Assembly: GCA_963693055.1 (NCBI GenBank)
Contig: OY843751.1
Location: 5,536,001-5,600,000 of the forward strand
Origin: a bacterium
Lineage (GTDB): Bacteria; Zhuqueibacterota; Zhuqueibacteria; Residuimicrobiales; Krinioviventaceae
DNA: 64,000 bases
Direction: 5' to 3'
The notes below the pieces were generated by a model. The model saw only the letters and a list, made by a program, of their open reading frames with translations, did not search any database and was not told where the DNA came from. Shown here one piece after another: positions 1 to 8,764 of this stretch. The translations under genes and the position numbers were made by a program. How positions within the stretch are numbered: position 1 is the first letter of the stretch; each line of letters begins with the position of its first letter.

Positions 1-2276
1 ACAACAAGTTTGCCATCAACCAGATCAGTTGCGTCTGCCCATAACTGAATAGCGTCAGGGTTAGTGTTTACAGCATCACTGGTCAACCAGAACCAGTTAG
101 CAGTTCCAGTAACCGTTGTAAAATCATCTGTGCCTGCAACTGGAGGAGCAGCTTCACCTTCGGGAACGATAAAAGCAGCAACTTTCATATCAGTAACTTC
201 ATCCAGATCAAATGCAGTCCATTTTAACTGATAAGTGTCACCAATACCGAGGTTGGCAATTTCACCTTCTACCGGAGATTCAGGCAAAAAGTAGGTGCCG
301 TGAGCAACTGTCAGTTCATCAATATTAGCAGCAGCTTCAGACATGTTTTCCAAATCATTCATACGAACGATAGCTGCATCAGGACCACTGGTTACAATAG
401 CATAAATATAGTAGGGTCCTCCAGCCTCTAAGCCGGATTCACGTACGTTCCACATGTAACGGTTTGCTTCCTGAGTGTCTGAAGTATCAACGATCGTAGC
501 AATATGTACTGTATGAGTAGGATCAGCAACTGCATCTGCAGGTAACAAAGTTGTATCAACACTTGCAGGAGTTGTGCTTGCACCAGAGTTTACTGCACCC
601 CATGCAAGATCACTACAATACAGTTTAATACGCATGGTGCCGTCTACGTCATTATCCATATCAATTGTACGTCCCCAATTGATCAGGATGTATTCCTGTT
701 GGTCGGTATTAACAGTAACATCACCATTACTTACAAAATTAAATTTTGGAAATGTTGAAATAGTCAGTTCAAGATCACTTGCTGCAGTATTATTTTTCAT
801 TTTCTGAATTGTCTGATGTTTACCATCATTAGCAACTACCCAGATATTATAATCGCCTACAGGATCATAATCACTTGCACTGCGAATAGCAGAATAATTA
901 ACAATAGAGTATGGCAATTGAGCCAAAACAGATTGTGAAGTAACAGCAGTACCACCACCAAGTCCGGTAACTGTCAGGCTTGGGCTAGTACCGGATAATT
1001 TGATACTATCCGCGGTTGGGGTAACAGTAGAAGGAACGCGGAAAATTTGAAATGTGGCTTCATCATCAAAGTCATTTACACTAATATAAAAATCTACATC
1101 ACTTGCACTGGCGCTGCCAATAGTGCCGTCTTTACCCAGACCACCGCTAACATCCATAACAACGGTACTGACATTATCATCAGTTCCTGGTTCAAAAACT
1201 TCATCACCATCAAAATCAACACCAATAGCATCATTATCTGTATCAGTAAAGAATGGATAATGGCGTACATGTACCATATCACTCATACCAACAACCCAAT
1301 CGGCTGTAAGGCTTGAAGTAACATAAAAATACCAGTCGCCTTCTTCAAGCAATGAAGTGTCCAGATTTTCAGCAATCATGGTTCCATCTTCATTGTCGGT
1401 TATTTGTACAGCACTGGTAACATTAATAGCTTGAACAACTTCAGCAGAAGATTCACTAATCTTTGTTACGGTATCATATTTTGAAGCCCACAAAGTAAAA
1501 GTAACTTCATCTGTTGCGTCATCACTATCAAAAGTAATTGTTTCAAAATCAGTATCATCACCGTTAACAACTTCATCTGTAGCAAGTGCGCCCTGATCTG
1601 TTGCCCAATCAGGAAGTGCAGCAGTAATAGCAGCAGCTATACCATCCGGCCATTGATCACCATCAACATCTGTAGTATCATTTGATCCGCTATAATTAGT
1701 GGCAAATGTCACCAAACTTAATGCTTCTTTATATGTAACTTGAGCAAGCACTGTATTTACTGTTTCGTGATCTTGTGGTTGATCAATTACAAATGAAGCC
1801 GTATCACCATCTGCCAAAGAAGGAGAGGTAATAATTGGGAAAATAACAGTCAAAACATCATTTGCAACGGCCGCACCTGTTCCTGCATTGCCTAAATTAA
1901 TTGTAATGGTTGAAGCATCTACAACAAGAGTTGGAACAAGGCCATTAGCAGAGCTGGCTGATACAGAAACGCCATCTGCATAAGCGGCATCACCATCAAC
2001 ATCTGCAATACTGGTTCCGGTTGCACATGTAATTACTATGTCATCATTATCCGCCCAAGCACCACCGGCATCAAGCGTGATTTCAAATGACATCATGAAA
2101 TTGTGATCACCATCGAAATTGTTTACTGAGGCTCCAATGGGGAGAGAATTAATAGGAGCGTTTACAGACAAACCAAAGGCGGTTTGACCAAAGGCGAATA
2201 AAATCGCCAGAATCATAAACACAATGCCTGACCATCGAGGCAGACTTGTGCCATAAGTAAAATTACTTTTTTTCAT
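1..2276 (-). CDS. Large secreted acidic protein, S-layer/surface-protein-like; partial, runs off left edge (at least 758 aa)
   Basis: Hand translation: ATG at 2276 after GGAGG (2285-2289), MKKSNFTYG...VFMILAILFAFGQTAFG signal peptide, frame open to the window edge (...PDAIQLWADATDLVDGKLV); D/T/A/V-rich with several DxDGD motifs. Not in the ORF track because there is no stop in the window. Confidence 0.85.
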   Translation of the reverse strand, partial: MKKSNFTYGTSLPRWSGIVFMILAILFAFGQTAFGLSVNAPINSLPIGASVNNFDGDHNFMMSFEITLDAGGAWADNDDIVITCATGTSIADVDGDAAYADGVSVSASSANGLVPTLVVDASTITINLGNAGTGAAVANDVLTVIFPIITSPSLADGDTASFVIDQPQDHETVNTVLAQVTYKEALSLVTFATNYSGSNDTTDVDGDQWPDGIAAAITAALPDWATDQGALATDEVVNGDDTDFETITFDSDDATDEVTFTLWASKYDTVTKISESSAEVVQAINVTSAVQITDNEDGTMIAENLDTSLLEEGDWYFYVTSSLTADWVVGMSDMVHVRHYPFFTDTDNDAIGVDFDGDEVFEPGTDDNVSTVVMDVSGGLGKDGTIGSASASDVDFYISVNDFDDEATFQIFRVPSTVTPTADSIKLSGTSPSLTVTGLGGGTAVTSQSVLAQLPYSIVNYSAIRSASDYDPVGDYNIWVVANDGKHQTIQKMKNNTAASDLELTISTFPKFNFVSNGDVTVNTDQQEYILINWGRTIDMDNDVDGTMRIKLYCSDLAWGAVNSGASTTPASVDTTLLPADAVADPTHTVHIATIVDTSDTQEANRYMWNVRESGLEAGGPYYIYAIVTSGPDAAIVRMNDLENMSEAAANIDELTVAHGTYFLPESPVEGEIANLGIGDTYQLKWTAFDLDEVTDMKVAAFIVPEGEAAPPVAGTDDFTTVTGTANWFWLTSDAVNTNPDAIQLWADATDLVDGKLV

Positions 2277-2380
2277 TTTATACACCTCCATGTGTGTTTT
2301 AATTTTTTTCTTTGCGTCAAATCCGTTTGTCGCGTCATTAATAATTTTAATTCTGATTTACATCCTCATTTGAAAATCAG

Positions 2381-2410
2381 CTAATCGGGGAATTTCAGAA
2401 TTCTCTTCAT
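2381..2410 (-). other. Short upstream ORF MKRILKFPD* in the leader of the surface protein gene
   Basis: ATGAAGAGAATTCTGAAATTCCCCGATTAG preceded at 8 nt by AAAGGAGG (2419-2426). Confidence 0.4.
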
Positions 2411-2574
2411 AGGCATCTCCTCCTTTAAGTATTGCTTTAATTGAATCTTTATCTTTTAATTTATTCATCTCAATAACTATATCGACATTTCTTTTAAAAA
2501 CTTGAATTTCTTTTTTTATTTGTCCCGGGTAGTTATGACCTACCCTTAAAGAGACCATTGAACGGAATGGTAAC

Positions 2575-2591
2575 GGCAAAAGCTATGCCAA
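2575..2591 (-). promoter_or_regulatory. Sigma-54 (-24/-12) promoter
   Basis: Minus strand TTGGCATAGCTTTTGCC, i.e. GG-N10-GC with TGGCA and TTGC; points at the surface protein gene. Confidence 0.7.
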
Positions 2592-2661
2592 TCAAAAAGT
2601 CAATATTTTTTTAGACAAATTTTCGCAGATCTTTTTTAGACAGCCTTTGATGAAATTTAAT

Positions 2662-2709
2662 GCACAATATGAGGTACATTCCAAATACAAGACGCACTAT
2701 ATGTAGTAA
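2662..2709. promoter_or_regulatory. Tandem operator/enhancer-like sites, 32 bp apart
   Basis: GCACAATATGAGGTAC (2662-2677) and GCACTATATGTAGTAA (2694-2709), 70-120 bp upstream of the sigma-54 site. Confidence 0.4.
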
Positions 2710-2732
2710 AAACAAGCCCCTCACTTTTAAAT

Positions 2733-2765
2733 AAAAAAAACCTCCAATAATTTAATCATTGGAGG
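2733..2765 (-). terminator. Rho-independent terminator
   Basis: CCTCCAAT-N9-ATTGGAGG followed by T8 on the minus strand, downstream of 2856..3800. Confidence 0.7.
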
Positions 2766-2855
2766 CTCTGAACAAAAAATCTATATTCCATTTTCTCTAT
2801 TATAGAGTGGGAAGTTTTTTCCTAATAAAAAAAACAATTCCCTGCAATATTTTTT

Positions 2856-3800
2856 TTATTTATATTCGTCATATAATTTTTTTATTAATTTCTGATCATA
2901 TTCACCTTTGTGCAACACCAGTCTGTATCGTAAAACCGTTGGCTGGGTATTTGAAAATGCTACCGCATGCTGCCCCGGGTACACCGCATTCTGCATACTG
3001 CGTTGACGACGCAAAATCCACAGTTGCGGACTGCCCGGATTTTCTGGATGGCTCAATACTGTGATACCGGTTATTCCTTCAGTTGTCAAAGAACCGCTCA
3101 TGTCTACCCATGCACCGCCGTCAACAGCCGTGTTTTGTGGTTCCAATTCACCAACCTGTCCGGTAAATTTCATATCCTCAGGCAGCACTATACGGGTCGA
3201 AAATCCACTATACCCTTTAACATCCTCAGAACCACCGATTTTCATATCCGGCAGCATAGCAAGTAATTTGATATCAAAATCAATTACTCGATATGTTTCG
3301 GTTCGGGGATAAATTGTGATTTTTGTATCTTCGGAAATAAGGGGCTTTTCATTACCTTGTTCATCTTTTACAAGCGGTGACTGCCAGTTCACTTTGGTTG
3401 CAAGAACAAGATTCCCTGCTTCTGTTTCATGGGTTTCTGCCAGAGTTACGTCCCATTCCCAATCTCGTATTTCCCAGGGATCACCAATCTTTTCATCCCC
3501 AATCCATATCTGGTGCCATGACCAGAAGATACCACGTTGGTGAAGATGATCAGGGGGATAATCTTCTGTAATCACATTTCCATCCAGATCCCAAAGCGGA
3601 TGAATATAATGCCCTCTAAAGTACTCGCCTTCATGCCCTTCAGGAGACTTGGGTGCCCTCTGATAAAAAAAGACTTTTTCAGCCCCTTCACTAATCTGCA
3701 AACCCTGGTCGGTTTGTTCAACACTGAAACTGGGTTGCTTTGATGTGGAGCAAGAGATTAAAAATCCCGCAATTAATAAAACAAACATGATTTTTTTCAA
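2856..3800 (-). CDS. PmoA-like (DUF6807 / PF14100-type) family lipoprotein
   Basis: YIHPL, DHLHQRGIFWSW and KGYSGF motifs; lipobox LISC; probable TTG start at 3800 (track start 3827). Confidence 0.75.
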   Translation of the reverse strand: MKKIMFVLLIAGFLISCSTSKQPSFSVEQTDQGLQISEGAEKVFFYQRAPKSPEGHEGEYFRGHYIHPLWDLDGNVITEDYPPDHLHQRGIFWSWHQIWIGDEKIGDPWEIRDWEWDVTLAETHETEAGNLVLATKVNWQSPLVKDEQGNEKPLISEDTKITIYPRTETYRVIDFDIKLLAMLPDMKIGGSEDVKGYSGFSTRIVLPEDMKFTGQVGELEPQNTAVDGGAWVDMSGSLTTEGITGITVLSHPENPGSPQLWILRRQRSMQNAVYPGQHAVAFSNTQPTVLRYRLVLHKGEYDQKLIKKLYDEYK

Positions 3801-3848
3801 GTTACACCCTTTCAGAATATTATACATAACTTGTTTAATTTAAAACAC

Positions 3849-4553
3849 TTAATCACCCAACGGTATTTGTTGAAATTCAGCTATCAGCTTGTGTATTGCA
3901 TCTATATAATTTTGTATTTCTCTGTTACGCGTGCCGGACCATATTTGATTTTTATATTTGGCCGCGTTTCGCACACCCTCTTTGAACCCTGCCAATCCGC
4001 CGTCCAGATCGTACTGATCAATCAAAATTGACAAGTAGCGTGTTCCAATTCGAATATTATATTCAGGGTCCAGCAACGCCTGCTCTGCGGATACCCAGTT
4101 AATCCGTTCAAATTCTGAAATCAGCATGCCGGTAATGGGCATGATTTGCATGAGCCCCATACTGCCCGAAGTCGAAATATATCGCGGGTCCCACGTACCA
4201 CCGGTTTCATGAGTTATAATTGCGCAAATTAAATCAACACTAATATTGGGAAATTGTTCTGCACCGGTAACAATCACCTGCGCTATTTCGTATTTTTGCT
4301 GACGCGTCATTTTGTGATTGTACAGTTCTATGATGGTAATAATTTTTTGCACCTGATATTGACGAATACTGTCAATATGAATTGAGGATTTCATCTCCGA
4401 AACCCGTTCCTCAAGTTCTAAAAGTTTGGCCTCACTCGATTGGTTCAGAAAAAAACGAATAACCGTACCAATGGCAACAACAAGAAGCAAAATCACCAGC
4501 ACCCGTATCATGGCCCTAAATGATTTTTCCCCCTCAGAGACCTGCTTTTCCAT
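3849..4553 (-). CDS. Membrane-anchored lytic transglycosylase (SLT domain)
   Basis: N-terminal TM; AIITHETGG (catalytic E), GLMQIMP, NIRIGTRYL. Confidence 0.85.
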   Translation of the reverse strand: MEKQVSEGEKSFRAMIRVLVILLLVVAIGTVIRFFLNQSSEAKLLELEERVSEMKSSIHIDSIRQYQVQKIITIIELYNHKMTRQQKYEIAQVIVTGAEQFPNISVDLICAIITHETGGTWDPRYISTSGSMGLMQIMPITGMLISEFERINWVSAEQALLDPEYNIRIGTRYLSILIDQYDLDGGLAGFKEGVRNAAKYKNQIWSGTRNREIQNYIDAIHKLIAEFQQIPLGD

Positions 4554-4579
4554 CTACTAGACTCCTCTATTAATAAAAA

Positions 4580-4608
4580 AAGGTACAAAATTAACCAGCC
4601 CATGTCAA
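4580..4608 (-). promoter_or_regulatory. Sigma-70-like promoter for the SLT gene
   Basis: TTGACA-N17-TACCTT on the minus strand. Confidence 0.5.
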
Positions 4609-4670
4609 TTTATTTTCGCCTTGAATATATAACTATTTTTAAATAATTTCATTCAATAAATGAAAGGTAA

Positions 4671-5774
4671 TTGTTTTTGCTAATTTTATCTATTTTCCTG
4701 ATCATTCTTTACGCCGTTACCCTATTTCTCATCTATCTGGGATTAAGGTCATCAACAATCCGACTAACAGATACTATTCAAACTCCATCAGTCTCAATAA
4801 TAATTGCTGTTAAAAATGAAGCTAAAAATATCATTACATGCCTCGAGGCTCTAACCAGTCAAACCTTTACAAAAGATAATACTCAAATCCTTGTAATTGA
4901 TGATCAATCAACTGATGAAACATATTCCCGTGTAAAAACATTTTCACAAAATCACACAAACATTACTTGCCTTCAATCCACTAATCCATTTAAATGGAAA
5001 AGCAGTAAAAAAGCAGCACTTGAAACAGGTTATAAAAATGCAACGGGTGAATTGCTGCTCTTTACCGATGCAGATTGTCAGCCACCCGTTGGTTGGATAC
5101 AAGGTATGATTGATTGCTTTACACTACAAACCGGGCTGGTAGCAGGATTTTCACCTCAAACTTTAACTCTAAAAAAACAGTGGAACCGTTTTTTATTTGT
5201 AGACAGCCTCTCAGCAGCCATAGTTGCGTCATCTACTATTTCCATGCAAAAAGGAACTACGTGCACAGGACGAAATCTTGCAATACGCAAACAAACGCTG
5301 GACGAAATTGGTGGGTACACAACACTGCCCGACACCCTGTCTGGTGATGATGATTTTATTTTGCAAGCAGTCAACAAACATCCATCTTGGCAGACAACCT
5401 ATTCCTTCAATCCAGCCACACATATCCCGGCAAAGGGACCCGGAACCTGGCAGCAATTTCTAAAACAAAAATCCCGTCATCTGTCTTCGGGAACGGATTA
5501 TAAAATCTCACAGCAACTGGGTTATGGACTGTATCATTTATCAAACGCTTGCATTTGGGTATTGTTTTTATGGAGCTTAACGAACCTCAATTTTACTTTA
5601 GCTTTCTTGTTACTAGTCAAGCTCTTGCTTGATTTTTCGCTACTATCTTTTTTCAGTAAAAAGATGAACTTGCAATTACCGCTTTTAGGATTTATTACAT
5701 GGGAGGTCTTGTTCCCCATGTATCACCTTGTATCTGGACCGGCTGCGTTTTTAAAAAAAATAACCTGGAAATAA
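4671..5774 (+). CDS. Membrane GT2 glycosyltransferase (paralog 1)
   Basis: VSIIIAVKNE, DDQSTD, TDADC, SGDDD, QKSRH; N- and C-terminal TM helices. Confidence 0.9.
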   Translation: MFLLILSIFLIILYAVTLFLIYLGLRSSTIRLTDTIQTPSVSIIIAVKNEAKNIITCLEALTSQTFTKDNTQILVIDDQSTDETYSRVKTFSQNHTNITCLQSTNPFKWKSSKKAALETGYKNATGELLLFTDADCQPPVGWIQGMIDCFTLQTGLVAGFSPQTLTLKKQWNRFLFVDSLSAAIVASSTISMQKGTTCTGRNLAIRKQTLDEIGGYTTLPDTLSGDDDFILQAVNKHPSWQTTYSFNPATHIPAKGPGTWQQFLKQKSRHLSSGTDYKISQQLGYGLYHLSNACIWVLFLWSLTNLNFTLAFLLLVKLLLDFSLLSFFSKKMNLQLPLLGFITWEVLFPMYHLVSGPAAFLKKITWK

Positions 5775-5777
5775 ACC

Positions 5778-6572
5778 ATGAAAAACCCCAATACAAAACT
5801 GTGGACCAGCTATCAACAAACCGCCGAATACAGAGGAGAACTCGCTGCTCAAATGCTGCTCCCCTTTTGTAATCTTGCCGGATTAACAGTTCTGGATCTA
5901 GGATGCGGAAGCGGCGGCATTGCCAGAGCGTTATTAAAACATGGTGCACATGTAACCGCAATGGATCCGGATCATGAAAGAATTAAAACCCTTGACGATA
6001 AAACAATTCCAGGATTAACAACCCAATGCTTGCCCGCAGAAGCCCTAGATGAGCAAGCTGTATATAATATCATTATTTTGAATGATGTGCTGGAACATAC
6101 AATAAATCCCGATAAAGTTCTGCAAAACTGTAACAAGGCCCTTGTTCAGGGAGGGTACCTTTATCTGGTCACTCCAAACAGATGGTCCCTTGTGAATTTA
6201 TTCTGCGATCCTCATTACAGCCTACCTTTTGTAGCAATGTTTCCACGTCACTGGACACGTAATCTTGTTGCAAAAATCCTGAAATGGCACAGTCCAGACA
6301 AACCGGATTTCCCTGAACTCCTTTCCCGATTCACTCTGGAATCGCTACTTGGCAAAAACAATTTTACATACGAATACGTTAACCGGCAGGCTGCAACATT
6401 GGCCATGAGTGAACCACGGTACATCTGGAGCCGAAAATGGCATTTGCAATTTATTGATATGATAAAACGTTTTAAAATTGAAAAAATTTTACTTACATTG
6501 CTCAATAATAAACCGGGCATTTTCAATGCTGTATTCAATCCTGTTTGGTATATAATCGCAAAGCGGAAATGA
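5778..6572 (+). CDS. Class I SAM-dependent methyltransferase
   Basis: VLDLGCGSG, DVLEH, LVTPN. Confidence 0.9.
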   Translation: MKNPNTKLWTSYQQTAEYRGELAAQMLLPFCNLAGLTVLDLGCGSGGIARALLKHGAHVTAMDPDHERIKTLDDKTIPGLTTQCLPAEALDEQAVYNIIILNDVLEHTINPDKVLQNCNKALVQGGYLYLVTPNRWSLVNLFCDPHYSLPFVAMFPRHWTRNLVAKILKWHSPDKPDFPELLSRFTLESLLGKNNFTYEYVNRQAATLAMSEPRYIWSRKWHLQFIDMIKRFKIEKILLTLLNNKPGIFNAVFNPVWYIIAKRK

Positions 6573-7546
6573 CAGAAACCAATCCCAAATTCAAACTTCC
6601 CAGGAAGCAGATCATCGTCCTGATCAAGCTCTTGTTGGCATGCATTATTATGTGGGTGCTGATCAAACGCATCAGCATAGATCAGATTATCCTTGCTTTA
6701 CGTCAGGCCAACCTGTTATATATTGCCTTGACAGTGGGGTTACTATTTCTGAATATCTTTTTCCAATTCAAAAAATGGCAGCTTTTGGTCAAGCTTGTCA
6801 AGCCCACAGCCCGCGCAGGCGAAGTCCTTTCTTCCCTGTTTGCCGGTTACGCGCTCGGCTTGGTAACTCCAGGTCGTGTGGGAGAATTCGGACGTTCGGT
6901 TTTCATCCGTAATGCAGATTGGCGCCAACTCACCGGTTTAGTAATCATTGATAAATTATTTGCAATGGTGATGGTTTATCTGTTTGGCCTGGCCGGATTT
7001 GCATATTTTTTACAACTCAAAGCAGGGCATTTACTTTGGCAGCCCCTGTTAATTGCACTGGTTATATTACTGCTTTTGATTATCTTTTTAATCCTTCATC
7101 CGGATTTGCTTCGCACCCTGTTGATGCGATTTAAACCCAGACTCATGAAAATTCATTTCATAGAAAAATTAACTTCTGCCTACAGCTCCTTTACTCATCG
7201 TCACGCATATACACTGTTTGGTTTTGCCGCTTGTCATGTATTTACTTATCTTTTTCAGTTTTATTTGCTCATTAAAGCATTTGCCGAAATCAATTTGCTG
7301 TTGGGATTATTAGCGGTTGCTGCCACCTTTTTAGCCAAAACACTACTGCCTATCTCTTTTGGAGATCTGGGTGTTAGAGAAACCGCAGCAATATATTTCT
7401 TTTCACAACTGGGTATTACCCGCGCGGCTGCATTTAATGCATCTTTTATTTTATTCATCATCAATATTCTTATCCCTTCAACAATTGGAATGGTCGTCAT
7501 CCTCTTAAACCGCAACATGGGCAAAAATGTTGGGTTAAACTCCTAA
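6569..7546 (+). CDS. Lysylphosphatidylglycerol synthase TM-domain / flippase-like protein
   Basis: Polytopic; TPGRVGEFGR and PISFGDLGVRE motifs; ATGA overlap with the upstream stop. Confidence 0.85.
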   Translation: MTETNPKFKLPRKQIIVLIKLLLACIIMWVLIKRISIDQIILALRQANLLYIALTVGLLFLNIFFQFKKWQLLVKLVKPTARAGEVLSSLFAGYALGLVTPGRVGEFGRSVFIRNADWRQLTGLVIIDKLFAMVMVYLFGLAGFAYFLQLKAGHLLWQPLLIALVILLLLIIFLILHPDLLRTLLMRFKPRLMKIHFIEKLTSAYSSFTHRHAYTLFGFAACHVFTYLFQFYLLIKAFAEINLLLGLLAVAATFLAKTLLPISFGDLGVRETAAIYFFSQLGITRAAAFNASFILFIINILIPSTIGMVVILLNRNMGKNVGLNS

Positions 7547-8685
7547 TGCCAATTCTCTTAATTTTTATACTGATACTGTCCCTGGTTTATACGATTTTTT
7601 TATCCGTGTTGATGATTGGGCTTGATCGCCTGCTCTCGAGCAGTAAAACAACGAGTGATGCCCGCCCCATGATCTCGGTTCTGGTACCGGTACGCAATGA
7701 AGTTGAAACCCTTGAAAACTGTCTCAATGCTCTGTTATCACAAAATTACCCCCCAGACCAATACGAAATTATACTGATCAACGATCATTCAACCGACGGA
7801 TCTGCCGAAATAATTTCAAAATACGCAGAAACAGAACAAAACATCATTGCTATTGACAATCTCGCAATTCAACCCGAAATTTCTCCAAAAAAGCAGGCCA
7901 TTGAAACCGGTATATCCAGAGCGCAGGGAGAAATAATCCTGACTACCGATGCTGACTGTCTGGTACCTCCCGGATGGTTCAAACAATCCGCAAAATCTTT
8001 TAACGAGTCCACTGCTCTTGCCGCGTCATGGCTGCTGGTGGATCCCGGCAATACAATATTAGGGCGAATGGAATCGCTTGACTCGCTTGGATTTGTTCTG
8101 ATAGGCGCCGCATCCTTTGGACTGGGCAAACCGTTTCTCGCAAATGCCGCCAATCTGGCGTATCGCAAAGAGGTGTTTCTTGAAATTGATGGTTTTAGCG
8201 GCAACAAGCACTTGGGTTCCGGTGATGATGATCTCTTGCTGCAAAAACTCTCAAAATCCAGATGGAAGAGCCTGTTTAATACCGATTCCTCTAACACAGT
8301 TTGGACAAGGGCAAATACGTCGTTTGCGGGATTTTTTCAGCAACGGGTGCGCTGGGCATCCAAAGGTAAACATTATCATATTGCGTTAATATTATTGGAA
8401 TTATTTGTCTTTCTTTTTTATATATCAACCACATTATCTATTCTCTTGTCAATAACCGGAATATGGCCAGTTTATACATTGTTGCTGTTTGTTGTAAAAA
8501 TCATTCTGGATACAATATTCATTCAAACCGGCTGCCGCCACTTGAACCGGTCATTTCACTATGGGGATATGTTTTTGACAGAACTGTTGCAACTGGTTTA
8601 TATACCCATTGTTGGAATTGCAGGCCTGACGGGAAGCTTTAAATGGAAAGACCGTACCTATCTCAAGGGGGCGCTCAAGGGTTAA
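7546..8685 (+). CDS. Membrane GT2 glycosyltransferase (paralog 2)
   Basis: VPVRNE, NDHSTD, TDADC, SGDDD, QRVRW. Confidence 0.9.
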   Translation: MPILLIFILILSLVYTIFLSVLMIGLDRLLSSSKTTSDARPMISVLVPVRNEVETLENCLNALLSQNYPPDQYEIILINDHSTDGSAEIISKYAETEQNIIAIDNLAIQPEISPKKQAIETGISRAQGEIILTTDADCLVPPGWFKQSAKSFNESTALAASWLLVDPGNTILGRMESLDSLGFVLIGAASFGLGKPFLANAANLAYRKEVFLEIDGFSGNKHLGSGDDDLLLQKLSKSRWKSLFNTDSSNTVWTRANTSFAGFFQQRVRWASKGKHYHIALILLELFVFLFYISTTLSILLSITGIWPVYTLLLFVVKIILDTIFIQTGCRHLNRSFHYGDMFLTELLQLVYIPIVGIAGLTGSFKWKDRTYLKGALKG

Positions 8686-8764
8686 TGAAAATCCATTCAT
8701 TTAGCGGTTTGAATAATAACTGATTTTCAGTATATTTCTACCTGAAAAATAAAGGAAAATCGCA

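Noticed and set aside
574-1316. Small ORFs at 574-807, 1047-1316 and 1094-1282
   Set aside because: Antisense or off-frame shadows of the long minus-strand gene 1-2276.
2358-2579. 73-aa ORF upstream of the surface protein
   Set aside because: TTG start inside the sigma-54 -12 box, no RBS and no recognisable motif; better explained as leader sequence.
2856-3800. Particulate methane monooxygenase (from the PmoA family name)
   Set aside because: This is a soluble lipoprotein of the misleadingly named family, not the polytopic PmoA; no pmoB or pmoC.
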